Source: a virus
Taxonomy: Duplodnaviria; Heunggongvirae; Uroviricota; Caudoviricetes; Crassvirales
Strand: one strand, 5' to 3'
DNA: 64,000 nucleotides
IMG/VR virus record: IMGVR_UViG_2974732849_000001
Shown: positions 10,319 to 21,700 of the stretch, one piece after another
Numbering within the stretch: position 1 is the stretch's first letter
Layout of the letters: each line of letters starts with the position of its first letter
The notes under the pieces: generated by a model
Databases searched by the model: none
Told to the model about the DNA's origin: nothing
Seen by the model: only the letters and a program-made list of their open reading frames with translations
Position numbers and translations under genes: made by a program

Positions 10319-13300
10319 ATGGAGTATCAAGATATAACAAAGACAGGTCCTGTAGGTCTTAAAGGACTCAAGGGACTTAATAGAATCCCTGAAATGGGAG
10401 AGTTTGAATTAAGTGTATTGGGAGGTACAAGGGCATTACAACAGTCCTTGGCACCTTCCACTTCTGAGGATGTAGGCATGGAGCTGGCTGACAAAGGATA
10501 TGGACAAAGCATCTATGATGAAGACATAAACTTTGTCAGTCAGGCTGATGACCTGAATGAAGTCAGAGCCATAGAGCAGCCTTGGTATGCCCAGTTAGGG
10601 GCAGGTCTTGCCAAAGGAGCTGTGTTGACAGGTACTACCTTTCTTGATGGTACTGTAGGATTGGTGCTTGGTGCAGGCACTGCAATAAATGAGGGGAGAT
10701 GGTCTGGTCTGTGGGATAATGATTTTTCCAAGGCTATGCAATCAGTCAATGAATGGTCTGAAGAGGCACTACCTAATTACTATACAAGAGATGAGCAGGA
10801 GGAGCCTTGGTATGAGAACATCTTTACTGCAAACTTCATAGGTGACAAGTTCATCAAGAATCTAGGATTCAGTGTAGGTGCCTTCTATAGCGGTAATATA
10901 ACTGCTGCTGGATTGAAAGCCTCCAAACTGCCTCAATTAATAGGAGCCATTAAGAACTCATCAAAGGCTCCAGCAATAGTCAATTCTGCTGTAGGAGCCA
11001 CTATCTCCTCAGTAAATGAGGGAAGAATAGAGGCCCTGAATAATAGTAAGGATTGGTTTGAGTTGCAAAAGGCACAGCTTGATGACAAGTATAATCAAAG
11101 GATGCAGGCTATAGGGGATGCTTATGGTGGTACTGAAATGTATAACCAGCTTGTATCTGCTGAAAGCCAAGCATATAATGAGGCATTGGAGAAGCTGAGT
11201 GAGGACAGGTTAAAGATGGGTAATGCGGATTTGCTCATGAATATACCTGTCCTGTTGGCTTCCAATATAACTCAGTTTGGCAAACTGTATGCCAATGGAT
11301 TCAAGACTGCAAGAAAGACTACCAATATAATGGGAAAAGCAGGGGAATATACTGCTGGTACTACAAGGTTGGGAACTGTTGCTGCCATAACAAGAGGTGC
11401 CCTGTCAGAAGGTGCTGAGGAGATGGCACAGAGTATAGCAAGCAGGACAGCAGGCAATTACTATTCAACTGATGTAAACAACTTCTACAAGTCAAAGACT
11501 GACCCTGAAGCCTCACAAGAAACATTGGATTGGGTTAAGGCATTTGCCCAAGGAGTAAATGAGACTGTCAATGAGGGGTCTTCTTGGGAAGAGTTCTTTA
11601 TTGGTGCCCTTACAGGTGCACTGGGTATGCCTAGATTCAGAAGCATGAGGAATAAGCAGGGAGGTATCCAATCTCCTATTACCATTGAGGGTGGGGCTAT
11701 AAATGAGTGGAGAGATTACAATGAGAGGATGGCAAGGGAAGAGAGAATTGCCAACTACATGAATGACAGAGTAAATTCTCCTGAGTTTAAGAACTACTAT
11801 CAAGGTCTTATCAGGCATAATAAGTATCAAAATGATATGAATAGAGCTGCTGAGCAGGGTGATGAGTTCAACTTCAAAAATGCAGAGCATGCCCAGTTGG
11901 TATCTGATATTGCCATGTTTGATAATGCAGGAAGGATGGAAGACCTTAACACACTTATTGATGCTGCATTTGATACATCAGATGAGAATCTTGCCTCTAT
12001 TGTAGAGAATACCACAACTACCCTTGAAGATGGTTCTAAGGTTGGTCCATTTGTAGATAAGAATGGAAACCCCATGTATGCTACTCCAGAAGGCAAACAG
12101 GAGATGATAGAGAAACTACAGCAGAATCATGATGAAATGACCAAGACTATCAGTGATTATCTGAAGATAAGAGATGACGTTGATATTAGGACAGGTCAGC
12201 AATTATCAGATGACCAACTTGAGGAACTGACTTGGATGAAGTCCCAAATTGGTAATTGGGCTGAAAGGGCTACAGCTATGTCTGGAGAGGTAAAGTCAGC
12301 TATTGGTAATGTGATAGGCAATCTAAATTCATTCCTTAGATTCAATCAGCAAGTAAGGAGCAGTGAGGGTCAGTCTCATAAAGGATTATCTGAAGGGTAT
12401 CAACAGGCAGACAATAATATAAGAGCCATTGAGAAAGCTATAAATACTCTTAGCTTTGTAAAAGGTCAGGAGGATAATGTCTTGCCTAGAACATTGATAG
12501 ACTATCCTAAGTTTACCAAGGGATTAATCAATGAGATTAATGAGGTTGATGATACTGTGCTTAGTGGGGATGAGAAAGAAGACATTATAACCAAGATTAA
12601 TGATATTGTCAAGTTAGGAAATGCCTCAGAGGTATATAACAACAAACTTAATGAGTACCTCAGAAATCCTCAGAAGCAGATAGAAGACCATATAAAGGCA
12701 GGTGAACAAGCTGCACAACAAGAAGCTGAGAAGAAATCAAATGACCTGAAAGCTTCTTTGAGTTCTGCACAGAATCTACAAGAGTTCAGAGCTATCTTGG
12801 ATGACCAAGATGATATAGTAAACAGGAATAATACCCTGAAAGACTTGGAAGATGAAGGTAATGAGATGGCCAAGAACTATAGAGAAACCTCACAATATAA
12901 TAATGAGGTCAGTAGGATTATACAATCCTCAGATGAAGAGCCACAAGTAAAGCAAGATGCTATTAAACTCCTTCAAGACCAATTCAATAACTCTGAGAAT
13001 CTTGAACAGATGGCCAATCCCAACTCCATATTCATTAATAACGATAATGCTTTTGATGAAGATTCTGAAGGAGATATTGAGTTGTCTACAACAAGATTCC
13101 AAGAAGCTCAATATGCCCTGCAAAAGGCAATGTCCCAGGTAAATGATGATAATAGATTCAAGGATAGGTTCTCTCCTGAATATAGGAAACCTGTAGAAAA
13201 AAGAGAAGGTACCACAAGAGGAGATAATAGAAGAGACACTACTGGAGACAGTGGGACTCCTACTGTCCCTGTAGTGACAAGTAGTGAGGACTTGCCTGTA

Positions 13301-16300
13301 ACAGAAGTACCTGTTGGCAATGTAACTCCTGAAATGGTTAATGAGGAGAATAAGAAAGCCAATGAAAGGGTGGAAGCTCCACAGAGGCCAAGTAGGGACA
13401 GAGTCAACCAGTTCTATAGACCTGCCATACCTGAGTTACATATAGAAGCAAGCAAGGAAGGTGACTTTAGGCCATTTGATGTTGTAGTAGGTGAAAGGGA
13501 AAAGGGAGTGGACTTCTCTGGTATCTATGGTTATCTTAGAGACCAGGATACATTCAGATATTTAAATGAAGGTAACTTGAAGGTAGGTGATGAACTTGGA
13601 TTTATGATTGACCCAGACTTCAATGACAAAACCATCTTCATTATAGATAGGAAGAATAACCAAGTAGTTGGCAGCTTGGATGAGTCTGATTACAGTGTTT
13701 CAAGATATGAGGGACTGAAGGGACTTGAAGAGAGGATAAAAGATGAGTTTGCTAACAGAGAAAATAAGGCTGGTAAATTCATTGCCACACCTGTTACAAG
13801 AGTATCCAAGATGATGGTAGGCAGAATTCCTTATGGTAGTACAGAAAGAAGTCTTAAAGACATCCCTAATGTATCATCAGAAGACAGAAGACCTGTTTTT
13901 GGAATCATCAAGAATGGAGTTTTGACAACTAATGGCAAAGTTAATGACAGTCTTGTTATCAAGCCAGTAGATATGGGCCAAAAGGAAGGCAGACTATATC
14001 TACTTGTTCCTAATGGGGCTGGAAAGTATTCACCTGCTGCTGTAAGGGTTAAGCACTTCAATAATGAGGAGTTCAATTTAAATGACCCTTCAGTAAGCTC
14101 TACTCCAGTTGGAGAGGATATAAAAAATGCGATTAACAACCTGTCTATGGCTACATCACAAGGTGATGTGTCTGCTGCAATGCAGGACTTGGCACAAGAC
14201 CTGTATATGCAGGATATAATGGTTACTTGGTTTAGTAGCAAGTCAGGTGATGGTATTGTAATTAGTAAGAAGGTCAAAAGGCCAGATGGTACTTATGAGA
14301 AAGTTATCATAGATGGTAAGGAGCAAATCAAGGAAGATAAGTATGATATATACTTCTCTACAGGGAGTAAGACTGCTATCATTTCAGGAGTAGAATGGGA
14401 TATAACAGCAGCAGAGGAACAAGGTGATACAAGTGCTTTCAATGCTCCTAAAGACCCTGATGATATATACAATGAAATACTTGGGCACCTTATTAAATTC
14501 AACCTTCCTTTACAAGTCAGTACAAAGAGGATTAATGAGGGTGCATACAATAACAGGCTTATCAATTCTGACATTCTTACCTCAAATATTACTGAAGCTT
14601 CAGTAAGAAGCACTTGGTTTACAACTGATTACTTTGATGATGAAGGTAATCTCCATCAGGCTGTAAGTCCAGCCTCAGTAGCTCCTCAGCCTAAGAGGAA
14701 GATTGAGACTCCTGTAGGTGGTACTGAGGGTGCTATTTCAGGTACAAGAATAGTATCTGCATTTACAAACAAGCCTTACTTTGTAGATTTGAAGACAAAT
14801 ACTATCAGGGATGAGCAAGGTAGGAATGTAAAAGTTACTGATAGCAATAGGGTACTGTTTGATTTAGCTTGGGCACAAGATAACTTCGGGAGTTTCACAG
14901 ATTCATCAATAATGGTAGACAATAAGGTTCTTACACCTAATGGTCAGGTTCTTGACAGGACTTCACAGAAGTATATCACAGGACAAGAGGCACAAGATGT
15001 GAAGGATACTATTGCAGGAAAGAAGAAGGAGAGAGAGGACAAGGTTGCCAAGTCCAAGAAGATTATCAGTGAGATATATGAGAATCAGAGAAGGATTGAC
15101 AAGACAAGAACTGATGGCGAGTTCTATTATGTGCTTGAAGATGACGGCGAGTATCACCAATACAGTAGAGTACACAGTAGATTAGGTTCTAACTGGATAG
15201 AGTCCTCTAAGCAAATAGAGGCTTTAACTCAGGTGAGAGCCAAGTTATCACAGTTGGTTGATGTTCCAGCACAATATGACAATTACTTGAAATTCCTTGA
15301 GAATAAGTACAAGATTAGCCTTGATGGTTACCAAGGAAAGGCTGATGCCAAGAGTAGGGACACTATTGTGAACATAGTAAGGGACAAGATGTCTGGTAGC
15401 AACTCACAAAGGGCATTGGATGCTGGCTCAGCAGTAGATAGTATTATCAGGCAATATTTCACTATAAGAGATGTGTCAAGGATAATCAAGCCATCTAATA
15501 TGTCAGAAAATGCCTTCATGGATTTGATTACTACTCTTAATAGGGTCAAATCAAATATGGAGCATATGGGAGAAAGGTTTCTTGCTGATAATATTATATT
15601 GTATCAGAAATATCCTGATGGTACAAGAGTTGCAGGAGAAGTTGATATTCTATCAGTTGATAAGGATGGTAACTTTAGAATCTATGATGTGAAGTCAAGC
15701 AGATACAGCTTCTATGACTTTACTGACAGATATGGACACAAGGTAAATTACTTTACCACCCCATCTGCCACTCAAAGAATGAGTGCAAAGGATTACTATA
15801 CCTTACAGTTGTCTGCATACAAGAACCTGTTTGAATCCCAGTATGGAACCCCGATTACCAAACTGGCTATAATGCCATTTGTGCTGAGCTATGATAGGGA
15901 GAATGTATCAGCAGTACAAAGTGAGAAAGGCATTCCTGTTGAGTATAATCCTGCTGTAAATGTACCTTTGGTTAGTTCTGTTGAAGTAAATAAGGTTGCT
16001 GAAACTCCTGCTACTCCAGCACAGAACCAGCAAGTACTGCCTATCTTTGAAACTTCATTGGAAACTCAGAATCCTGTAGATAGGATACTGCCTGAAAACT
16101 CTTTGGGAAAAGATTCTATTGTGGGTTATTATGAGAAGGATGGGAAATTATATAAAGGATATATCAAGAAGGCTGGTGAGGTAGAAGGTATTCCTATATA
16201 CATTACAAAGGAAAGAGACAGGGGATTTGGCAGAGAGGGTGAAATGAATGAGTCATCTTCTTACTTTGTGGTATTACCAAATGGTAAGCTTGTGGATACC

Positions 16301-17875
16301 AGAACACTTAGTAAATCAGATGAGGAAGCATTTAATGTTATAATGAAAGCTTTAAGTGCCAAGCCACAAAAGGTTAAGGATATGTCTAATGAAAAGACTA
16401 TGCTATTCAATCCTGATGAGGTTCCTACTGTTAATACAGCTCCTATTACCAATATAGTAACTCCTGCTACTGTTAACCAAGGCAATACTCAAACAGGTGC
16501 TGCTTACACTGCACAAAAGGAGCAGGCAATCAATAACCATGATGAGGAGTTTGAGGATGAGTTTACTTTAAGAAGAGTAGACTCCACAGAAGCTACTGCA
16601 TGGAATCAGGAAAAAGAGCTTGATTGGATTGCAAAGACATTGCCTCAATTAAGTGAAAGTGATAGGGTACATATAGTAAAGGGTCTTATTAAAGTAGGAA
16701 GGCAAGGAGCATTGGCTTGGGGTCAATTTGATAAAGGTGTTGTCACTTTATCTGATATAGCTGCTGAAGGTACTGCATACCATGAAGCATTCCATGCTGT
16801 GTTTAATCTCCTTCTAGACAATAATGAGAGAACAGTATTATTGAATGAGTATAGAGGAAAGCATCCTAATATGGGTAACCTTGAGCTGGAAGAAGAACTG
16901 GCTGAGGATTTCAGAACATTTGTGATGCAAGGAGGAAAGGATACCAGAAGCTTAGGAAGAAAGATAATAGACTTCTTTAAGTCATTATTCATCAAGACTA
17001 GATACTGGAAAGACTTCAGGCCATCTTCTATCTACTACTTCAGGGCTATTAATGAAGGGAAATATGCTAATAAAGAGGAAAAGATTAAATCTCTTGATGA
17101 ATCCAGACTTAGACAAGAGGAGTATACTCCGGAAATGCTGGATATACTAAAAAATTCAAGGGATGAGCAGGGCAATTTATTGGCACCTAATAAGAAACCC
17201 TCAAACCTTACTGAAAGGCAATATGCCCATGTAAGAACCAAAGCATTTAAAGAATGGTTTGGGGACTGGGAAAATAATCCCGAGGAAGCTAGTAAGGTGG
17301 TTGATGAAAACGGTGAACCTCTGGTAGTATATCATGGTACCAACAGCCAATGGACTACATATGACCCAAATCTGTTTGGTTCTGCTACAGATGAAGGATA
17401 TTATGGTAAGGGGTTATACTTGTCTTCTGTAAAGAACAAGGCTATGCAATATGGTAATATTATGGAGCTGTTTGTCAATATGAGGAACCCATTCATTGTA
17501 GGTATGGATAGTACTTTAGACATGAATGAGTCCACTAGAAGAGGTGAAATAGCAAACATGTTCAATAGAGAAAATGCTCCTGATGAACTGAAGCAATATG
17601 ACGGTGTTCTATACAGTGGTGCAGAAGGTAAATTTGAGGAAATAGTAGTTCCTACTGCCAACCAAGTAAAATCAGCTACCAATAATGTTGGCACTTACAG
17701 TAGAACCAATGATGATACTAGGTATAGGAAGCTTCCTAAAGGAACATTGACCACATTTGATATGATGGATGACACTATTAAAGAGAACTTGTTGAAGAAG
17801 GGCTGGACTAAGGAGAAGTTTGATTCAATTTCCCAAGAAGAAAGAGACCAAGCCATCAAGTGTATAGCCTTCTAG
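10319..17875 (+). CDS. giant virion protein (2518 aa) with zincin-like HExxH motif and C-terminal PARP/diphtheria-toxin-like ADP-ribosyltransferase domain
   Basis: HEAFH at about 16781-16795. C-terminus has VVYHGT (about 17324-17341), YYGKGLYLSS (about 17400-17430) and KFEEIVV (about 17630-17650), in the spacing expected for H-Y-E class ARTs. Ends with TAG. Confidence 0.55.
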   Translation: MEYQDITKTGPVGLKGLKGLNRIPEMGEFELSVLGGTRALQQSLAPSTSEDVGMELADKGYGQSIYDEDINFVSQADDLNEVRAIEQPWYAQLGAGLAKGAVLTGTTFLDGTVGLVLGAGTAINEGRWSGLWDNDFSKAMQSVNEWSEEALPNYYTRDEQEEPWYENIFTANFIGDKFIKNLGFSVGAFYSGNITAAGLKASKLPQLIGAIKNSSKAPAIVNSAVGATISSVNEGRIEALNNSKDWFELQKAQLDDKYNQRMQAIGDAYGGTEMYNQLVSAESQAYNEALEKLSEDRLKMGNADLLMNIPVLLASNITQFGKLYANGFKTARKTTNIMGKAGEYTAGTTRLGTVAAITRGALSEGAEEMAQSIASRTAGNYYSTDVNNFYKSKTDPEASQETLDWVKAFAQGVNETVNEGSSWEEFFIGALTGALGMPRFRSMRNKQGGIQSPITIEGGAINEWRDYNERMAREERIANYMNDRVNSPEFKNYYQGLIRHNKYQNDMNRAAEQGDEFNFKNAEHAQLVSDIAMFDNAGRMEDLNTLIDAAFDTSDENLASIVENTTTTLEDGSKVGPFVDKNGNPMYATPEGKQEMIEKLQQNHDEMTKTISDYLKIRDDVDIRTGQQLSDDQLEELTWMKSQIGNWAERATAMSGEVKSAIGNVIGNLNSFLRFNQQVRSSEGQSHKGLSEGYQQADNNIRAIEKAINTLSFVKGQEDNVLPRTLIDYPKFTKGLINEINEVDDTVLSGDEKEDIITKINDIVKLGNASEVYNNKLNEYLRNPQKQIEDHIKAGEQAAQQEAEKKSNDLKASLSSAQNLQEFRAILDDQDDIVNRNNTLKDLEDEGNEMAKNYRETSQYNNEVSRIIQSSDEEPQVKQDAIKLLQDQFNNSENLEQMANPNSIFINNDNAFDEDSEGDIELSTTRFQEAQYALQKAMSQVNDDNRFKDRFSPEYRKPVEKREGTTRGDNRRDTTGDSGTPTVPVVTSSEDLPVTEVPVGNVTPEMVNEENKKANERVEAPQRPSRDRVNQFYRPAIPELHIEASKEGDFRPFDVVVGEREKGVDFSGIYGYLRDQDTFRYLNEGNLKVGDELGFMIDPDFNDKTIFIIDRKNNQVVGSLDESDYSVSRYEGLKGLEERIKDEFANRENKAGKFIATPVTRVSKMMVGRIPYGSTERSLKDIPNVSSEDRRPVFGIIKNGVLTTNGKVNDSLVIKPVDMGQKEGRLYLLVPNGAGKYSPAAVRVKHFNNEEFNLNDPSVSSTPVGEDIKNAINNLSMATSQGDVSAAMQDLAQDLYMQDIMVTWFSSKSGDGIVISKKVKRPDGTYEKVIIDGKEQIKEDKYDIYFSTGSKTAIISGVEWDITAAEEQGDTSAFNAPKDPDDIYNEILGHLIKFNLPLQVSTKRINEGAYNNRLINSDILTSNITEASVRSTWFTTDYFDDEGNLHQAVSPASVAPQPKRKIETPVGGTEGAISGTRIVSAFTNKPYFVDLKTNTIRDEQGRNVKVTDSNRVLFDLAWAQDNFGSFTDSSIMVDNKVLTPNGQVLDRTSQKYITGQEAQDVKDTIAGKKKEREDKVAKSKKIISEIYENQRRIDKTRTDGEFYYVLEDDGEYHQYSRVHSRLGSNWIESSKQIEALTQVRAKLSQLVDVPAQYDNYLKFLENKYKISLDGYQGKADAKSRDTIVNIVRDKMSGSNSQRALDAGSAVDSIIRQYFTIRDVSRIIKPSNMSENAFMDLITTLNRVKSNMEHMGERFLADNIILYQKYPDGTRVAGEVDILSVDKDGNFRIYDVKSSRYSFYDFTDRYGHKVNYFTTPSATQRMSAKDYYTLQLSAYKNLFESQYGTPITKLAIMPFVLSYDRENVSAVQSEKGIPVEYNPAVNVPLVSSVEVNKVAETPATPAQNQQVLPIFETSLETQNPVDRILPENSLGKDSIVGYYEKDGKLYKGYIKKAGEVEGIPIYITKERDRGFGREGEMNESSSYFVVLPNGKLVDTRTLSKSDEEAFNVIMKALSAKPQKVKDMSNEKTMLFNPDEVPTVNTAPITNIVTPATVNQGNTQTGAAYTAQKEQAINNHDEEFEDEFTLRRVDSTEATAWNQEKELDWIAKTLPQLSESDRVHIVKGLIKVGRQGALAWGQFDKGVVTLSDIAAEGTAYHEAFHAVFNLLLDNNERTVLLNEYRGKHPNMGNLELEEELAEDFRTFVMQGGKDTRSLGRKIIDFFKSLFIKTRYWKDFRPSSIYYFRAINEGKYANKEEKIKSLDESRLRQEEYTPEMLDILKNSRDEQGNLLAPNKKPSNLTERQYAHVRTKAFKEWFGDWENNPEEASKVVDENGEPLVVYHGTNSQWTTYDPNLFGSATDEGYYGKGLYLSSVKNKAMQYGNIMELFVNMRNPFIVGMDSTLDMNESTRRGEIANMFNRENAPDELKQYDGVLYSGAEGKFEEIVVPTANQVKSATNNVGTYSRTNDDTRYRKLPKGTLTTFDMMDDTIKENLLKKGWTKEKFDSISQEERDQAIKCIAF

Positions 17876-17898
17876 TCAATAGGATGAAATTTTTTATT

Positions 17899-17930
17899 AG
17901 GGCAGGGTTAATCACCTTGCCCTATTTTAT
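17899..17930 (+). terminator. rho-independent terminator of + strand virion operon
   Basis: Stem AGGGCAGGG, loop ttaatca, stem CCTTGCCCT, followed by ATTTTATT. Confidence 0.6.
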
Positions 17931-17934
17931 TAGG

Positions 17935-17990
17935 TAAAAAAAAAATTAAAAAAAAAATAGGAGGAGGAGTAGAACTTAATCTACTCACTC
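17935..17990 (-). terminator. candidate terminator of the convergent minus-strand operon
   Basis: Hairpin GAGTAG, loop aacttaat, CTACTC at 17967-17986. Read on the minus strand it is followed by T10 and T9 runs (plus-strand A-runs at 17935-17957). Confidence 0.4.
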
Positions 17991-18093
17991 CCCCTACTTC
18001 CATCATTAACAATTCACTTAGATTTACTGGCATTATTAGGATTAAATAACCACCAAAATATACCAGCACAAATTACTGTTGCAGCTAATTCAC

Positions 18094-18726
18094 TCATAAT
18101 TTATATCTCCATTTATAGCCATAGGATTTACCATTAGGGTATATCCTTAGCTGATTATTAATTGCTTTCTTTATCTTCTCCCAATCTTTATTTAAGGTCT
18201 GAGACAGTTCCTTGGCTGCTTGAGTAGTAGAATTATACTCTGCTATAAATTTCCCATCTAAGCTATATTGTAGAACAGGTTTATTAAGCCAGCTATTTGA
18301 TTGTCCTCTTTTATTAATAGACTGTCTCTCTTTAACAGTTCCATATCCAACATTGTATTTTCTTGTACACCATTCAAGATTAGACACAATATTATTGTTC
18401 TTAATTTCATCCTTATGATTAATCTCTTTATAATCATTAGGATTGGGAATGAAGTGTATTGCTACTAATCTGTGTACAGAATGCCATTTAGCAATATGAT
18501 TGCTACTTTTTAAGTTTACTAACTCATAGCCATCATCATTAATCATAGGCTTTAGGACCCTATCTTCTAGACTACATCCCTTCCCACTTCTTCCAAGAGA
18601 CTTAACCCTACCTAAGTTTGATACTTGGTACAAACCTTCATATCCTTGAATATCTTTCCAAATTTCTTCCATATTAAATGTTCTATTGTTCACTGCAAAG
18701 ATACAAATAAATCCACTAATATGCAA
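18094..18726 (-). CDS. HNH homing endonuclease (NUMOD4-type N-terminus)
   Basis: N-terminal WKDIQGYEGLYQVSNLGRVKSL is a NUMOD4 signature. HNH core HFIPNPNDYKEINHKDEIKNNNIVSNLEW. The gene is free-standing at the convergence point of two operons. Confidence 0.7.
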   Translation of the reverse strand: MHISGFICIFAVNNRTFNMEEIWKDIQGYEGLYQVSNLGRVKSLGRSGKGCSLEDRVLKPMINDDGYELVNLKSSNHIAKWHSVHRLVAIHFIPNPNDYKEINHKDEIKNNNIVSNLEWCTRKYNVGYGTVKERQSINKRGQSNSWLNKPVLQYSLDGKFIAEYNSTTQAAKELSQTLNKDWEKIKKAINNQLRIYPNGKSYGYKWRYKL

Positions 18727-18785
18727 GTGGATAAATAAATTATTTATAGTGAATAAAAAAAGAGGAGAGAAATCTCCTCTTTTAA

Positions 18786-21700
18786 TTATTGCTTGAAATA
18801 AGGTATAGCCAATTCAGGGTCTATACCTCTTGTAATAGTACTTCTCATAGGAACTAATGGACTTTTCATTAAGAGCCTATAAGCCTTAGTCTTATCCTTA
18901 AACTGTCCTGACTGTATAAGAGCATCCTCACCTGCAAACACTTCATAATTCATTGGGTTAATCAACCCAACTAAATCTAAAGTAGATTGAATTGTCTGGA
19001 CGGCTGCTGCTGGGGATTTCATAATTTTCAATCCTTCATCAACCATAGGCTTTCCTGGGATTAAAACACCAGTTTCTGTCTTTAGTCTTCTAAGTTGATA
19101 TTCTACTATCTTAGTAAGCCAAGGTCTGTTATCCTTATCATCCCAATCAATCATTCCAAGTACTGCCACTATCGCCAAATAATGGGCAACCTCAGTAACT
19201 GCTCTTTTAATATTAGCCTTTTCAGTTTTTGATAATTTGTTCCAATCTGATACTATATCAAATTGGGACTTTCTAAGTTCCTGTGCCAACTGCCATAGAA
19301 ACCTGCCTGTAGTTATGTAGTAACCTTCAGTCCAAGTTTGTAAGTCCATATTGTAAGAAGCTGATTTGAACCTTCTGTTAAGTGAGGGTTTCACCCACTT
19401 CCTAAACATTATTGCCATTCTACCTATAGCCAGCCTTTGTACTGCATTTCTGTCAGCTTTATTATAGATACCATGCATTCTTTGGTTTATGGCAGCAGAC
19501 TTTCTACTGAAAGCTATAATATCATCCTTTGTGAATGCAGAGCCATCTTCCTTAGTATAACCTTGCTTTAATTGAAGTTTAGCACCTAACTTCTTATTAT
19601 TCTTATCAATAGGGACTACTTCCATAGCATCCCATAAAGATACTATTTTGCCATCAGGAGCCTTCATTTTATAAGCATCTGCAAGTGCCAATGAGGTTCT
19701 ATTCTGCATCCAATGTTCTCCGGCATTATTCATAAGGAATAATGCAGATGTACCAAACATTCTGCTAAACCATGTCTTCCTGTCAAAGTTTACTTCCTTG
19801 ACATCAGTTTCATATTCCTGCATAACATTGAATAGTTCATCCCACAAAGCAAGCTTGCTTGTTTTCACCCTATTGCCAATCTCTGCAAGGAATTCAGGCA
19901 ATGCCTGACCATAGTTCCTGTCAGCCCTAAGGGTATTGGATTCATTGAAGAACTCTCCGGAGAAAGACTCAATCCTCATCATCACTCCACCAGTAGCCAC
20001 ATTGGAGATACCAGATAAGACGTTAATTGCTAATGTGTTAAGAGAAGTCACCCTATTAACGAAATTAGCTACCTTTCCTTTATCAATCTTGGTATTGCCA
20101 AATGTTCCCTCATCTGCCATATACCTGCCATATACTTGCATCTCAAAGAAATCATTTAATCTCTGCATGAACCTTGTCTCATCTCCTGACTTAGTCAATA
20201 CTGATTCTACCTTTCTTCCTACAGATTTGAACTTCTCTGCAAGAGGTTTACCTCCTCTTACTTGTACTATTTCCCTTTCCCTTAGCATATCCCTGCCAAG
20301 TTCAAGAACATCAATTACCTTACCCATCTCATTGAAATCATTTGCCATGGCAGCATAGGCTGTAAGGGTAGATGTCACATCAGTAGACAGGTCATTGGGG
20401 CTTTCTCCCTTCTTCATCTTGGTATAATAGATGGGAAGTACCTGCACTTCTCTGCCTTCAAAGTCTTTCACAGTAGCCCTATCACCAAACTCGGTATCAT
20501 CTGTTCTTCTGATGAACTCATCCTTTATACTTTCCCATATTTGTTTTGCTCCGGACTTTACACCATCAGAAGACTTTACCCTTTCAAGTAAATCTTTTCT
20601 AATCTTAACTGCATTGGTTAAGGTAGTATACTTGTCAGGAAGGTATGAATCTAGCTTGGCCTTTATATCCATAACCTTATTATAGTACTCTTTCTGAGCA
20701 GGATTCAGGTTTTGATAAGCCTTATTGCCATAAATGGATACTTTAGGTTGTTTCTTTCCGTCAACAATCTCCATATTGGCATCAAACCAAGCCTGTCTTT
20801 CCCTCCTGTACTTTTCTGCATAATCACCAACAGGATTATGCCCATACTTCTCATTAAGAGCCTTGAACATTTCCCTAACTTTCTCTTTGAATAAGCCTTG
20901 GTTAATCTCAGATATATAGTTACCTGTCAGATTACCTTTGCTGTCCCTTTCAAACATCCAGTCAGTATTCTTTATACCAGCTTGTTCCAGCTTAATAGCA
21001 GCAGCCTGTAACTCCTTCATGACATTAATAGTCTCAAGCCTTGCATTTTCCTTACTCTTCTTGACAGCTTGGTCCATTACCTTCAACATGTAGTCTGAGG
21101 AGTCTGCCATAGAATCAAGCCACCTGTCAAAGAATGATATATCATTGTCAGCCACCTTGACCAAGTCCTCGGCGGTCATGGTTTTACCCTTAAACTTACC
21201 AAAGGGGACAGTAATGCTTTCCCCTACAAAGGGCTTGATAAAATCAACAAAGAGAGGCATTGATACATTATTATATTTGACAAACAGGTCACCAAGCAAT
21301 GTACTTGTATTGTCAAGTGCTACCCTTACTCTTTGACCATATCTGTTGTCTTCATATTTTTCCTCATCAACAAGGGATTTTCTTATGTCATCAGTAATGT
21401 GTTTGTAACTATATAAGTAGTTCCTCACATCCCTTAATACCCTAGCCCTCTCATTTACATCAGTGGCAGGAGTATTCTGTAACATAGTAAGCCTGTTATT
21501 CACTTTAGATAACTCTTCAAGTGCATTCTCCAAGAATGTATAAATGCCTTCTATCTCATTATTATCAGCCAATTCAATATCCAACCTATCAATAAGGAGC
21601 CTTTGGTTGGCACTAAACTGGCTATTGGGGTTTCTTTTTTCGTAAATCTTCAGCCTCTTTAGCTCATTGCCAATGATTTCCTGAAGTAGTTTCTTATCTC

